From contig OZ255713.1 in NCBI GenBank assembly GCA_965276965.1, positions 3,418,650 through 3,442,649 on the forward strand: DNA of 24,000 nt, given 5' to 3'. Made by a program: the position numbers and the translations under genes. The notes under the pieces are model-generated. The model saw only the letters and a list, made by a program, of their open reading frames with translations. It was not told where the DNA came from and made no database searches. Source of the DNA: Bryobacteraceae bacterium (GTDB lineage: Bacteria > Acidobacteriota > Terriglobia > Bryobacterales > Bryobacteraceae). Below, piece after piece: positions 8,391 to 16,157 of this stretch. Position 1 is the first letter of the stretch; every line of letters starts with the position of its first letter.

Positions 8391-8876
8391 GTCCACATGA
8401 CGTTTTGCTACACATCTCTCGAATCCGCTTCGCACGTTTGTGCGTTTACCCGACGTGTGACTTTTATGGCTCGACTCACCCAGCACGAGAACTTCACTTC
8501 AAGCTCACCGACCCACTTCTCACGCCTCCCGCTGCTCACAGGTTGAATCCGGTGTTTGAAAACCCATAAGCCGGAGCATTCGTCGCGGCTTCCTTCAAGT
8601 CCCAGTATCAAAAGCGATCCGGCAAGTGACCTCGTCCACCTTCCTCAGCCGTATCGTGCCGAATCGCTCCTGATACTGACCTAAGACTTAAGGCGATCCA
8701 TTAGTCTTACAATTCGCCATCTCGTCAGAATCCGCAACATGGCGAAATGCACGTTTTTCAGTACTGATGCCACCAATTCAACAGTTTGAAAGTATATAGC
8801 CATGCGCCTGGGTGGACCTTTTGGCGGCTTCCAGGCGATTTGAGCGGTGAAATGCCGCTGATGTAAGCTGCCGGGT

Positions 8877-9329
8877 ATGAGAATCCTGGTGCTTGCTTTG
8901 TCCTTTGCCGTTTTGAGTTTGAGAACGATTGGACTGTCCGCTCAAAGCGCTGCTCCGGCCACGGCTGCGGTTTCGCGGGTCCACCAACTCGAGATTGAAG
9001 ATCAGTCGGAAAATCCGGGCATTATTTCCGCGGCGGAATATTACCGGTATGGGGATGCGCGCCGTGCGGAGATCCGCAAACTTCTTGAAGAGCGGAAGAT
9101 TACCTCGGGCGAAGACTTCTCCGACGCTGCGCTGATCTTTCAGCATGGACAGACGCCGGAGGACTTTCTGTTCGCGCATGTTCTTGCAGTCGAAGCGCTG
9201 ATCCGCGGGGGTTCGGCAGACAAGTGGCTTGCCGCCGCGACAATGGATCGCTATCTTCAGGCGGTGAATCGCCCACAGATATTTGGAACACAGTACCCCG
9301 GGGACAAAGGCTGCGGGAAACATGCCTAA
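8877..9329 (+). CDS. Hypothetical secreted protein, 150 aa (possibly truncated or frameshifted at the C-terminus)
   Basis: It has a clear signal-peptide-like N-terminus (MRILVLALSFAVLSLRTIGLSAQSAAP), is the only sizeable ORF between the two IS copies, and has a protein-like composition. No convincing SD is present and I do not recognise a family. Confidence 0.45.
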   Translation: MRILVLALSFAVLSLRTIGLSAQSAAPATAAVSRVHQLEIEDQSENPGIISAAEYYRYGDARRAEIRKLLEERKITSGEDFSDAALIFQHGQTPEDFLFAHVLAVEALIRGGSADKWLAAATMDRYLQAVNRPQIFGTQYPGDKGCGKHA

Positions 9330-10253
9330 GCCGCAGGTCGGACCCGCGTGTGATGAATGTCCAGCGCACCCAGCAGCCGTATGACGCGAAGCTGCTTCCG
9401 GACTCTGTGCGTCAGGACTTCTGCGGACCGGACGTGAGTCGGCAGGAGAAGAATCTCGCGATCTTCAACACCGGTCATAAGCCTGAGGGCAAGCTGATGC
9501 GAGCGACCACGTGCTCCCATTAGCTATTGGGAGCCTCACCGGATAGACCGCTTCGGGGGGTTGGTCGGTCGAGCCAGGGCTTCGGACCGAATCAACGGCG
9601 AGACTGTGCCCGTCACGTATATCCGAAGCGCTACCGTGCCGTTGAACGTGACCGGGCTTGCGGGGTTGTCGATCAGGTTCGGGAAGACCCGGGCAGCGCT
9701 GCCGATCGGGGTGACGCGGATCTTTGAACACCAGAAACAGAAGCGAACATCGCTATCAGGGGCGAGATCGGCTAGATCAAGCCTCCGCCAATAATGGACA
9801 CCTACGCGGCACAGCAGTCAAGCTACAGCACTGGCTTCGTGCTCTCTGTTGGGCCATAGCTACGCCAACGAGATAGCCAGCTCCAGCCCTCGCTGGAACT
9901 CTTTGCCATCGGAGTGCTTTGCAGAAGTTCCAGGTCTTCTAACATTCGTCCTGAGAAGTCTTAGGTCAGTATCAGAAGTGATTCGGCAGTGTACACCTTC
10001 GTAAAGTGGGCAAAGGTCGTTGGCCGAATCGCTTTCGATACTGGGACTTGAAGGAAGCCGCGACGAAAGCCCACGTTATGGGCTTTCAATACTGCGATTT
10101 ACGGCATGAGAGGGAGAAAGCGAAAGAAGTGGGCCTGGCGTGAAGCCAAAAATCTAAGTTGTGGGAAAGCCGAGCTGCGGAAGACACACGTAGGATAAGC
10201 ACACCGGGGTACGCTACACATTCGAGATATCTGTACCGAAAGATCATGCTGAC

Positions 10254-11160
10254 TTAGGCCGCGGTTGGGTTGAGAACCGGAGGAGAGCGGAAGCGAAGTT
10301 GGGAAGCGGTCCATCGTTCCAGAATCAGCATTGGTCCATCGCAGTGAGGACATAGCCAAGTGACACGCTGGTGTGGTTGACGATTAGTGCTCGTAAGGGC
10401 TGCTGATGGCTGGGCAGCTGTTGCACCAAGCAGACGGAAACACGAAGGCAACAGCGTGGAGCGATTGCGTGTGCTGAGGAATCCAAAGTGACGGATGCGT
10501 ACAAACCGAGGAGGTAGAACGTGCAACAGGAAGCGTCGTAAGAACTCATGGACGTGCAGAGTCATGAGCCGTTTCTTGTTATGGTGTGCCGAATCGCGCC
10601 AGCGGAAAGTCACTTGATCATCGGCAAACGACACCAGTCGATGATTCGAGATAGCAACTCGATGCGTGTAGCATCTGAGATAACGGAGGGCCTGTTCCGG
10701 TCCTCCAAACGGCCGTTTCGAATAGACCACCCACTTCTTACGAAAGGTCTGCCGTATGAGTTGCGCGAAGAGCTTGGGCCGTTCGAGTGGTTTCAGCGAA
10801 CCGTGGAACCCGAGTTCGCCGCGAGTAAATGCTTCCTTCAACGCTTCAGTGAACTTGGCGCGAAAGACTTCTGCCAACACGCCGACCGGAAGGAAGAATT
10901 TCTGCTGGGAGGGGACCCAACGGGTGCGATCCAGCGATAGCCCGCCAGCCGGCACAACACAATGGATATGGGGATGATGTTCGAGCTTCTGATTCCAACT
11001 ATGCAGCACACTGAAGAAGCCTATGTCTGCTCCCAAGTGCTGCGGATCGCGAGCGATCTCGAGCAGTGTCTCGGCGCTGAGCCGAAAGAGTAAGTCGTAA
11101 ACCACTCGTTTATTCTGCAAAGCAAGCGGCGCCAGTTCATGTGGCAGAGTGAAAACGACG
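10254..11160 (-). pseudogene. IS91-family transposase remnant lacking the N-terminal ~100 aa (zinc-binding domain)
   Basis: Track ORF 10254..11120 aligns with residues from ...FTLPHELAPLALQNK onward of the intact transposase, and the HUH (HHPHIHC) and Y2 (ALRYLRCYTHR) motifs are retained. Homology extends upstream to ~11160, where it meets recombinase sequence out of frame. Confidence 0.85.
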
Positions 11161-11664
11161 GGCTAAGCATGACATCGCGGTCTTTGCGGCCCTTCCCACC
11201 TTTGACGTGAATGACCATGCGTTCTTTGTCGATGTCGCTCACTCTTACAATGCGCCAACTCAGCGCGCCGCAATCCGGTCGCGTAGAGCGTCATCAAAAG
11301 GACCCGGTAGAAAAGCGTCGGAGCCGCGTCGATCAGTCTGGAGACTTGCTCGGTACTGAGGATCTTGGGCAGACGGAAAGTCTTCCGTGGATAGGGCGTC
11401 TCGGCGATGCCCCACGGCTTCCGCAGCGTGGCCACAAAAAAACCGTAGTGCGGCGGTTCGCTGAATCATGGTGTTCGGAGCCAGTTTTCGTTCGCGGAAC
11501 AAATACGCCTGGTATTGGCGAAGCTGGTCTGGGCCGAGTTGATTCGGTGGACGCTTGAAATAACGCGCCAGATCTTCGATCGTTTTCACATAAGCGCGTA
11601 CCGTACTCTAAGAGTAATTGCGACGCTCGAGTTCCTCGAGCATCATTTTTCTGAGATGGGTCAC
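11161..11664 (-). pseudogene. IS tyrosine recombinase remnant (nonsense mutation, at least 2 frameshifts, 3' deletion)
   Basis: Reading from GTG (comp. 11662-11664) gives VTHLRKMMLEELERRNYS*, with TAG (comp. 11608-11610) where copy 1 has CAG. There is a frameshift at an A/T homopolymer run (~11441-11447) and another near ~11245. The gene ends at ...KDRDVMLSP at the deletion junction, so the HxxR and Tyr motifs are lost. Confidence 0.85.
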
Positions 11665-11752
11665 AGGGACCTCGTTGTGACCCGACACTATCCCACTTTC
11701 CATACTGCCGCTTAAAACGCCCACGCGTAGCGTCTGCCGCTTCCGCTTCGTT

Positions 11753-11769
11753 CAAGTCGGCCTCGATCC
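11753..11769 (+). repeat. 17-bp perfect direct repeat CAAGTCGGCCTCGATCC, right copy (spans the outer end of the decayed IS copy)
   Basis: Identical to 5393..5409. The first 9 nt are IS-end sequence (also present, inverted, at 6218-6226). The last 8 nt are flank. Confidence 0.9.
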
Positions 11770-11942
11770 GCTAATTTTCGATTTGTGCGTAAACCTAGCG
11801 CAATCCGGAGATTTCGGAGACGTGAGTGGAGCAGGACAAATGCAGGATCAATTCGCGAAGGCCGCTTGACGACCGGCACCAGCGGTGTGCAGATTAGAAT
11901 CTGATAAGTGTAGAACGCTGACTCGCAGTTCACCACAGCACC

Positions 11943-12578
11943 ATGAAAAAGCGGGTATTTCGCGATACAGAAGTAGTCACCATTAAAGATGCGTTGGGGC
12001 TCGAATGGGACATCAAAGAAGCGCGGGTAACAAAATACGGCTTCGACGTATATTACGGCAAGAGAAAGGACTGCACGGGGTACGATGTGGGAGGTCCTAA
12101 CCGACTCATTTACACAAATGAGTTAAAAGCATTCTGGGAGAGCTGTGCTCTCAAGCACGATGGAACCATTTTCGATTTGCCGGCTGGGCGCACAACCCTG
12201 AAGCGGGCGCGGCTGGCACTGGGCTTTAACTGGGACAAGGATTCAGAGAAGTTCTGGCGGAAGCACAAACACGAACTGAAGACGCTCACCCCACGAGAGT
12301 TTGAAACGAAGCACAAGCACCAGGAGATCACTGGACTGCGAATGAGTTCGTGGCGGCTCAAGATAATAGGCGGCAAGGCGCGGCCATTAGGCTGGTGGAA
12401 AGAACCGGAAGTGCTGAAACTTCTACTATCAGAAGAAAAGTCTCTAAACCAAGTGCGAGCCGAGCTTAAAGAGCAAATCTCAACTTCCCAGGTATTCCGC
12501 CTGAGGCTCCAGGCGAAAAGTGCTTACAAGATCAGCAACGGGAAGGTGCTTCCAACAGCGGCCGTTCTCGAGCGGTAG
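11943..12578 (+). CDS. Hypothetical lysine-rich protein, 211 aa, with possible HTH-like segments
   Basis: A long ORF with an ATG start and visibly lower GC than its neighbours. It has a basic composition (KHKHELK, KHKHQE). Segments AGRTTLKRARLALGF and SLNQVRAELKEQISTSQVFRLR look like short HTH motifs. I do not recognise a family. Confidence 0.55.
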   Translation: MKKRVFRDTEVVTIKDALGLEWDIKEARVTKYGFDVYYGKRKDCTGYDVGGPNRLIYTNELKAFWESCALKHDGTIFDLPAGRTTLKRARLALGFNWDKDSEKFWRKHKHELKTLTPREFETKHKHQEITGLRMSSWRLKIIGGKARPLGWWKEPEVLKLLLSEEKSLNQVRAELKEQISTSQVFRLRLQAKSAYKISNGKVLPTAAVLER

Positions 12579-12680
12579 GCGTAGAATGTTTGAGCCGTGA
12601 ATTGTGTCCGAGCGGCGGCCAACCGGAAAGTGTCCGCCAGATACGGAGCGGAAAGTCGGCCAGCATCCGGCAATGGGCCT

Positions 12681-15600
12681 TCAAGGACGTTTTCTGTTGT
12701 AGCGGTTAAGCGCGCCGGGGGTGGGGACATTGTCGGTAACCTGCGCCCCGATCGCATGCGCCCGTGTTAAGGCAAAGGCGAGCGTGATGCCGGTACCGGA
12801 GACCTGTGCACCAGCAGTGTGTGCATGTTTCAGCGGCGCGGTGAGGGTGATTGAGGCGCCGCCGGATCTCCGAACGGATGCGATGACCGCGGTCTCAGAG
12901 TTTGTGTCACTGCCGATGGTGATGGTCTGGCCTTTGCGAAAGCCAGTCGCGCCGGCGACAGCCATCGCGGTCGCTCCTGCTTCGGTGGCTGTGTTCACGG
13001 TGGTCGCGCCCGCACTGCCGACCTTCGCGATGACGGCCCTCTCGAGGTTCACGCCCGTATCGATCATGATTTTCTGGCCAGCATTGAAGTCTTCCACGCT
13101 GTCAACACTGATGTTGGTTGCGCCGGCGCTTGAAGCGGCAGACAGAGTCGCAGCAGCCTGTGTTTGGAAATCATTGCAGTTGCTGTCGGTGTCAGCTCCG
13201 TCCGGGAAGCGGCCCGCGCTTGTGTTGGTGTCGGCCGCAGCTTCAGCGGGTGGCTCGTAGCTCATCAGCGCGCCTGGCGCAGGCACGTGGCAACCGCTCT
13301 GCTCCGATCCCGAGGTGCCTTGGTAGCCTTCGGCAGCCCACGGGTCAACCAGGCCGCCGTAATTGAGGCTGTCGACAACTAGGCCAGAAGTGTCCCGTAG
13401 CACCATGTTGCCTTCTCTAAAAGTGACGGCGGACCTCCCGAACAGGACCGCTTTGGTGATGAACTCGGGGCCCCCGAACCACTGATTGGGCGCCGGCTTG
13501 CCCTGGTAGCCGGCGGTCGTCACCTCGGCGTCACGGACGACCGCGTTGATGGGATGGGCGTTGGCCAGCGGCTTATCGAGCGTGATGCCGGCGCCGAGCG
13601 CCTGGACTGGTTCGTTACTCGAATGAGGGAAGGCTGTCGCCGGTGTGAAGCTGATTCCTGTTCCTCGATCGCTGAAGGGGAGGTTGGCCGCATGGCTAAA
13701 CTTCAGTGGCCTGGCGAGATCGAGGCCCGTGCCTGTAACCAGCGCATTCTCGCCATCAACATGCGCCGCGGCGAGGGCTGGCGTGAAGCGTAGACCGGCG
13801 CCGTTCGGCCCCGCAGTACCCACGGCGGTGATGGTGACGGTATTCTTGTTCGCCGGAGTGCCAATGGTCAGCTTGTCGCCGACCGCAAAGCCGTTCACGT
13901 TGCGGACTTTAATATTCGTCGCGCCGGCATTCGCATTTTCCAGCAACGTCGTGCGGCTCGTCGCCGCGCCCACGCGCGTGACCGTGACCGTGTCGATCCC
14001 ATGGCGGAGGCTGTCAATGTCGAGCCTAATCTTGTCGCCAACCGAGATGTTGGAAACGGACGTCACTTCGATATTCGTGGCGCCAGCAGCCGCATCCGCT
14101 CCCAGATAAGCTTGCGTGCCCTGCTTGCCGACCCCGGTGACGGTGGCCACCTCAACCTTCTCCTCGGCCTTTGCTACCGCCGGGTAAGTCGCGCCGTAGC
14201 CAATGGCAATCTTCTCGCCGACTGCGAAGCCCGATGCGCTCGTGACAGGCACGTTGGTCGACCCAACTGGAATCGTGATAACCGGACCATCGGGCAGCGG
14301 TTGCCAAAGTGTTGTATGGTTGCTGGCCGCCGTTCCGAGGCGTGCGATTTTGCGCGGCTCTGCCTTGACGCCGGCGCCGACGTAAACCGTGTCGCGCGCT
14401 GACATGCCTGTCGTGCTCCTGACGTAGATTGTGCTATCGCCTGTGCGCGCCGGCGCCACCAGTCCGGAGTTGGAAAGACCGAGCAGATAGAAGCCGCCAG
14501 CTGCGAGCTTCGTCCCAGCCGGAATTTTCACCGTCGAGAAGATCGCTTGTTGCGTTGGGTGCTCAGTCAAGGCCCAATTAGAGATGTCGACGCTATGGGC
14601 GCCGGTGTTGTAGAGCTCGATGAACGAGTCCGTCGGGTTAGCGGGAGAGCCCGAGCTAATACGAAACTCGTTGATTTTGACTGGGTGTACGTTGTGTACC
14701 TTTTCGGCCGTTGTCTCGAATTGCTTTTGGCCGCTGGTTGGGTTCGTCCACGAGGCTTTGCCCACCAGGTCGCCGTTGAAGGCCCGCAGCCCCGAAGTCA
14801 CTTTGAACGTGGCGCTCACGCTTTCACCTGGAGCAACCGGGTCAGCGAATGTCTTCGACGTCCCCTTCGCGCCCGCAACAAAAGAAGTCCACTCCTTGCC
14901 GGGCAAGGAAATGGTTAACCTCACGCCCGCCGCGGGCGCACCCGTTGTGTTCGTGAACTTCACAATAGTGTCTTGGGAAGACCCCGTTGAGAATGTCTGC
15001 AGTCCCGGCGGCGTTGCCGTTGCCGACGCAGGCGCCAGCGTAAGTGGCGCCACGTCGTACCTGGCGGCCACAATATTGGCCTGCACCAGTTGGTCGGTCG
15101 CGTCGGTCGGAAAGGTGTCCGCAGCTGTCATCGCGCCTTCGTAGAAAGTTCCTTGCGAGCTGTTGCTGTTGTCGCCGCCATTGCCGAGCAGAATGGCCCC
15201 TTGCTTTCGCATCGGGTCATAGGTGGCATTGACACGTGCTCCGTCGAACATCACGGATAGAACGCCCTTCTGCGCGTCGCCGCCCAGCGAGGTCCAGCGG
15301 TGCGGTTTGCCCTTGGCGATCGCGGTCACAAATCGCCACGTGATGCTCGGCAGATTGGGGCAGCCTTTGGATCCATCCAGGTTCACGCAGCCAACCAGAT
15401 TGTTCTCCTGGTCGGTCATAATCCACGGCCCCGAGCCACTCCCGCTAAACCACGGGGTCGCGTTGCCAAAGTAGGCGGTTTCCATTGTGCCGTTGTCATC
15501 GTCGCGGCTGTCGATCTCCGCGTTGCCGTAGTCGAAGCAGCAGCCGGAGTTGAAGTGATGGCCGTTCACCACCCAATACTGCCCCTCCGCCTGGTCGTCC

Positions 15601-16157
15601 ACTGCCGTACCTTTCACATCGTTCTGGCGCAGGCCCATGCCCGGCATGATGAAGACGCCATAAACCTTGTGGCCCATGATCGTAATCGGCGCGGTGTCAG
15701 CGAGCGGGAGATTGTTAAACCCACCTAAGGCCGGACCGCTGAATCCGCCGCGGGGCGCCTGTGTCAGATCGTTGTGCTTGGGAGACTGGTCGTAGATCCT
15801 GACGATCCAGCAATACGTCATGGCGCAGAACTTATCCTGCGCGGCTGCATCCGCGTATCCGCCCGTATCCGGATAAGGCGTCGCGGAAGGCTGAACGACA
15901 CCGATGTCCAAAGTCTTTCCGTCCGACTGACGGAGGACGTTGTAGAGCGGGCCGTTATAGGAGGCGTACAGCGCGCGTGTAGTACTGTGGGCCGCTACGC
16001 AGAGATCACCAGCGGCGGCGTAGATGTCACATGTACCTTTGGGCCTGGGCGGAGGAATATTAGGTCCCGCCCCAGCCTGTTTCGCCATCGCCAACGCCGG
16101 ACCCATCACAGTGAGCAACAGCGCGAGCACACGTACAAGACTGATTGTCGATTTCAT
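12681..16157 (-). CDS. Secreted multidomain glycoside hydrolase: GH54-type alpha-L-arabinofuranosidase catalytic domain + NEW3/NPCBM-associated-like domain + lamin-tail domain (LTD) + uncharacterised repeats, 1158 aa
   Basis: Track ORF 12681..16202, trimmed to MKSTISLVRVLALLLTVMGPALAMA (signal peptide). Residues ~57-385 (nt ~15048-16034) match the blocks I recall from Aspergillus AbfB: CDIY..AG..CVAAHSTTRALY, CCFDYGNAE, GPWIM.D.ENNL and GAILLGNGGDNSN..QGTFYEGAMT. The LTD hallmark is VKINEF...DSFIELYNTG..VDISNW.L....IPAGTKLAAGGFYLLG, followed much later by GNMVLRDTSGLVVDSLNYG and SAGRFPDGADTDSNCNDF. Confidence 0.85.
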   Translation of the reverse strand: MKSTISLVRVLALLLTVMGPALAMAKQAGAGPNIPPPRPKGTCDIYAAAGDLCVAAHSTTRALYASYNGPLYNVLRQSDGKTLDIGVVQPSATPYPDTGGYADAAAQDKFCAMTYCWIVRIYDQSPKHNDLTQAPRGGFSGPALGGFNNLPLADTAPITIMGHKVYGVFIMPGMGLRQNDVKGTAVDDQAEGQYWVVNGHHFNSGCCFDYGNAEIDSRDDDNGTMETAYFGNATPWFSGSGSGPWIMTDQENNLVGCVNLDGSKGCPNLPSITWRFVTAIAKGKPHRWTSLGGDAQKGVLSVMFDGARVNATYDPMRKQGAILLGNGGDNSNSSQGTFYEGAMTAADTFPTDATDQLVQANIVAARYDVAPLTLAPASATATPPGLQTFSTGSSQDTIVKFTNTTGAPAAGVRLTISLPGKEWTSFVAGAKGTSKTFADPVAPGESVSATFKVTSGLRAFNGDLVGKASWTNPTSGQKQFETTAEKVHNVHPVKINEFRISSGSPANPTDSFIELYNTGAHSVDISNWALTEHPTQQAIFSTVKIPAGTKLAAGGFYLLGLSNSGLVAPARTGDSTIYVRSTTGMSARDTVYVGAGVKAEPRKIARLGTAASNHTTLWQPLPDGPVITIPVGSTNVPVTSASGFAVGEKIAIGYGATYPAVAKAEEKVEVATVTGVGKQGTQAYLGADAAAGATNIEVTSVSNISVGDKIRLDIDSLRHGIDTVTVTRVGAATSRTTLLENANAGATNIKVRNVNGFAVGDKLTIGTPANKNTVTITAVGTAGPNGAGLRFTPALAAAHVDGENALVTGTGLDLARPLKFSHAANLPFSDRGTGISFTPATAFPHSSNEPVQALGAGITLDKPLANAHPINAVVRDAEVTTAGYQGKPAPNQWFGGPEFITKAVLFGRSAVTFREGNMVLRDTSGLVVDSLNYGGLVDPWAAEGYQGTSGSEQSGCHVPAPGALMSYEPPAEAAADTNTSAGRFPDGADTDSNCNDFQTQAAATLSAASSAGATNISVDSVEDFNAGQKIMIDTGVNLERAVIAKVGSAGATTVNTATEAGATAMAVAGATGFRKGQTITIGSDTNSETAVIASVRRSGGASITLTAPLKHAHTAGAQVSGTGITLAFALTRAHAIGAQVTDNVPTPGALNRYNRKRP

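Larger units (their letters stand above)
6218..8689 (+). mobile_element. IS91-family insertion sequence, apparently intact two-gene form (tyrosine recombinase + HUH/Y2 rolling-circle transposase), ~2.47 kb
   Basis: I set the boundaries where nucleotide homology to the inverted second copy starts and stops. The left end GCCGACTTGAACGAAGC... (from 6218) is the reverse complement of the sequence ending at 11761. The right end ...GATACTGACCTAAGACTT (to 8689) is the reverse complement of the sequence starting at 9956. The true ends could differ by a few bp. Confidence 0.8.
9956..11761 (-). mobile_element. Second, inverted and decayed copy of the same IS91-family element (~1.81 kb)
   Basis: It is homologous end to end with 6218..8689 on the opposite strand, and the encoded proteins are roughly 85% identical by eye. 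It lacks ~664 bp (equivalent to about 6822..7485 of copy 1), which fuses mid-recombinase to mid-transposase at about 11160/11161. Confidence 0.85.

Noticed and set aside
8201-8569. ORF 8201..8569 and its counterpart 10099..10359, whose peptides resemble each other
   Set aside because: The similarity only reflects nucleotide conservation of the IS 3' coding end and right arm read in an alternative frame. The composition is not protein-like.
9224-9523. Possible frameshifted continuation of the secreted-protein ORF (peptide ...QRTQQPYDAKLLPDSVRQDFCGPDVSRQEKNLAIFNTGHKPEGKL in another frame)
   Set aside because: The stretch looks protein-like, but joining it to 8877..9329 needs one or two frameshifts that I cannot place. 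Without a homolog alignment this cannot be supported.
9465-9955. Short ORFs 9465..9731(-), 9527..9727(+) and 9561..9794(+), plus an unstarted minus-frame reading (...KIRVTPIGSAARVFPNLIDNPASPVTFNGTVALRIYVTG...)
   Set aside because: There is no canonical start for the most protein-like frame. The ORFs overlap one another and have no motifs. This may be a gene fragment cut by the IS, but that is unprovable here.
12721-15728. Many long plus-strand ORFs (e.g. 12721..13260, 13645..14109, 14620..15144, 15300..15728) overlapping the large hydrolase gene
   Set aside because: They are antisense or alternate frames of a strongly supported 1158-aa gene in GC-rich DNA. Their translations are Arg/Ala/Pro-rich low-complexity with no recognisable motifs.
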